A stretch of DNA of 64,000 nucleotides from Octopus sinensis (Eukaryota), in the NCBI RefSeq assembly GCF_006345805.1, contig NC_043001.1, positions 37,386,001-37,450,000 of the forward strand, written 5' to 3'. Below the pieces are notes generated by a model. It searched no databases. It was not told the DNA's origin and saw only the letters and a list, made by a program, of their open reading frames with translations. Positions 63,013-64,000 of the stretch are shown here, piece by piece. The translations under genes and the position numbers were made by a program. Numbering within the stretch: position 1 is the stretch's first letter; each line of letters opens with the position of its first letter.

Positions 63013-63494
63013 CAGGGGAGATAACTGCCTCACTTCTCTAGGATCACTAGACTAGACTAGTTTTGCCTATCATGCATGTTTGTATACCTTTGTGCTGTTG
63101 TCATGTGACGGTTGTAAATGAGCCTCATCGTCATACAAACAAGGTTGTTCATCTCCAGTCTTATGTGAAAAACAAGTCTGGCTATCATCATCATCATTGT
63201 TTAATGTCCATCTTCCATGGGTAGGACAGTTGACAAGAGCCGGCCAGGCAGAAAATCTACCCAAGGCTACTGTGTCTGTTTTGGCTGGGATTTTATGGCT
63301 GGATGCCCTTCCTAACACCAACCACTCCACAGAACAGGAAAATATTATCTTACTTGGAAACAGGTGAGGGTTGACAACAAAAAGAGCATCTGGCTGTATA
63401 AAATTTGCTGCAACAAATTCAGTCTGATGCATGTAAGCCTGGAAAAGTTGAAATTAGATAATAACACTGGTGATGGTGCTGGTGCTGATGATGT

Positions 63495-63652
63495 TGAAGA
63501 AGAAGAGGAGGAGGAGGAAGAAGAAGAAGAAGAAGAGGAGAGAAGAAGAAGAGGAGAAGAAGAAGAAGAGGAGGAGAAGAAGAAGGAGAAGAAGAAGAGG
63601 AGGAGGAGAAGAAGAAGAAGAGGAGGAGAAGAAGAAGAAGAACAACAACAAC
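63495..63652 (+). repeat. (GAA/GAG)n polypurine tract
   Basis: Mixed gaa/gag triplets ending in (aac)n. Confidence 0.95.
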
Positions 63653-63659
63653 CAATGAA

Positions 63660-64000
63660 AGAAAATTTTACTGAACACTGGAAATAAAAATCAGGGGAGT
63701 GAAGTGCCAAATGGTAAAGCAGCAAGAAACTTTTGGTCTGATATTTGGAGCAAAGATGTTCAACATTAAGAGGGAAACAAACTGATTGCATGAATTTAAA
63801 AGTGAAATGAAAAATAGATCAAACAAAAGAATTCAAATATTACAGATGAGAAAGTGAAAAATATACTTAAGAAAATATAGAACTGGAAAACTCCTGGACC
63901 AGATGGTGCTCAGAAATTCTGGCTTAAAAATCTAACAACTATGCATAGCTGTATGCAACTGTTTCTTACTGACTAGAGAAAATGGAACACCAACATAGGT
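63660..64000 (+). mobile_element. Degraded R4/Dong-like non-LTR RT region
   Basis: RNFWSDIWSK...NWKTPGPDGAQKFWLKNLT with stops. Confidence 0.75.

Noticed and set aside
63345-63791. Poly-Glu/Lys/Arg and poly-Ser/Leu ORFs
   Set aside because: Translations of the GAA/GAG microsatellite.

Overview
Eukaryotic, AT-rich, repeat-dense genomic DNA. The repeat families (GAT-tailed RTE LINEs, several tRNA-derived SINEs, Helitrons, microsatellites) look cephalopod, probably octopus; this is recalled pattern, not a database result. Two spliced genes lie head to head around a CpG-rich promoter at about 47.8-48.4 kb. THYN1 (EVE domain) is on the minus strand, with clear exons at 21200-21303 and 4490-4558, a candidate ATG exon at 47897-47905, and its 3' exons probably left of the window. 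LRRC56 (ciliary LRR protein, ODA8-like) is on the plus strand, with coding exons at 56988-57134 and 59592-59740 and the rest beyond the window. Nearly all ORFs in the supplied track come from transposon remnants or microsatellites. There is no CRISPR array, rRNA or true tRNA, and I found no new protein-coding system. The most interesting signals are structural: two long hairpins in one LRRC56 intron (one next to the 3' splice site), an X-box/E2F bidirectional promoter, an apparent locally templated inverted insertion, and independent deletions of the same hairpin in two RTE copies. Repeat boundaries are approximate; exon and hairpin boundaries were counted base by base.
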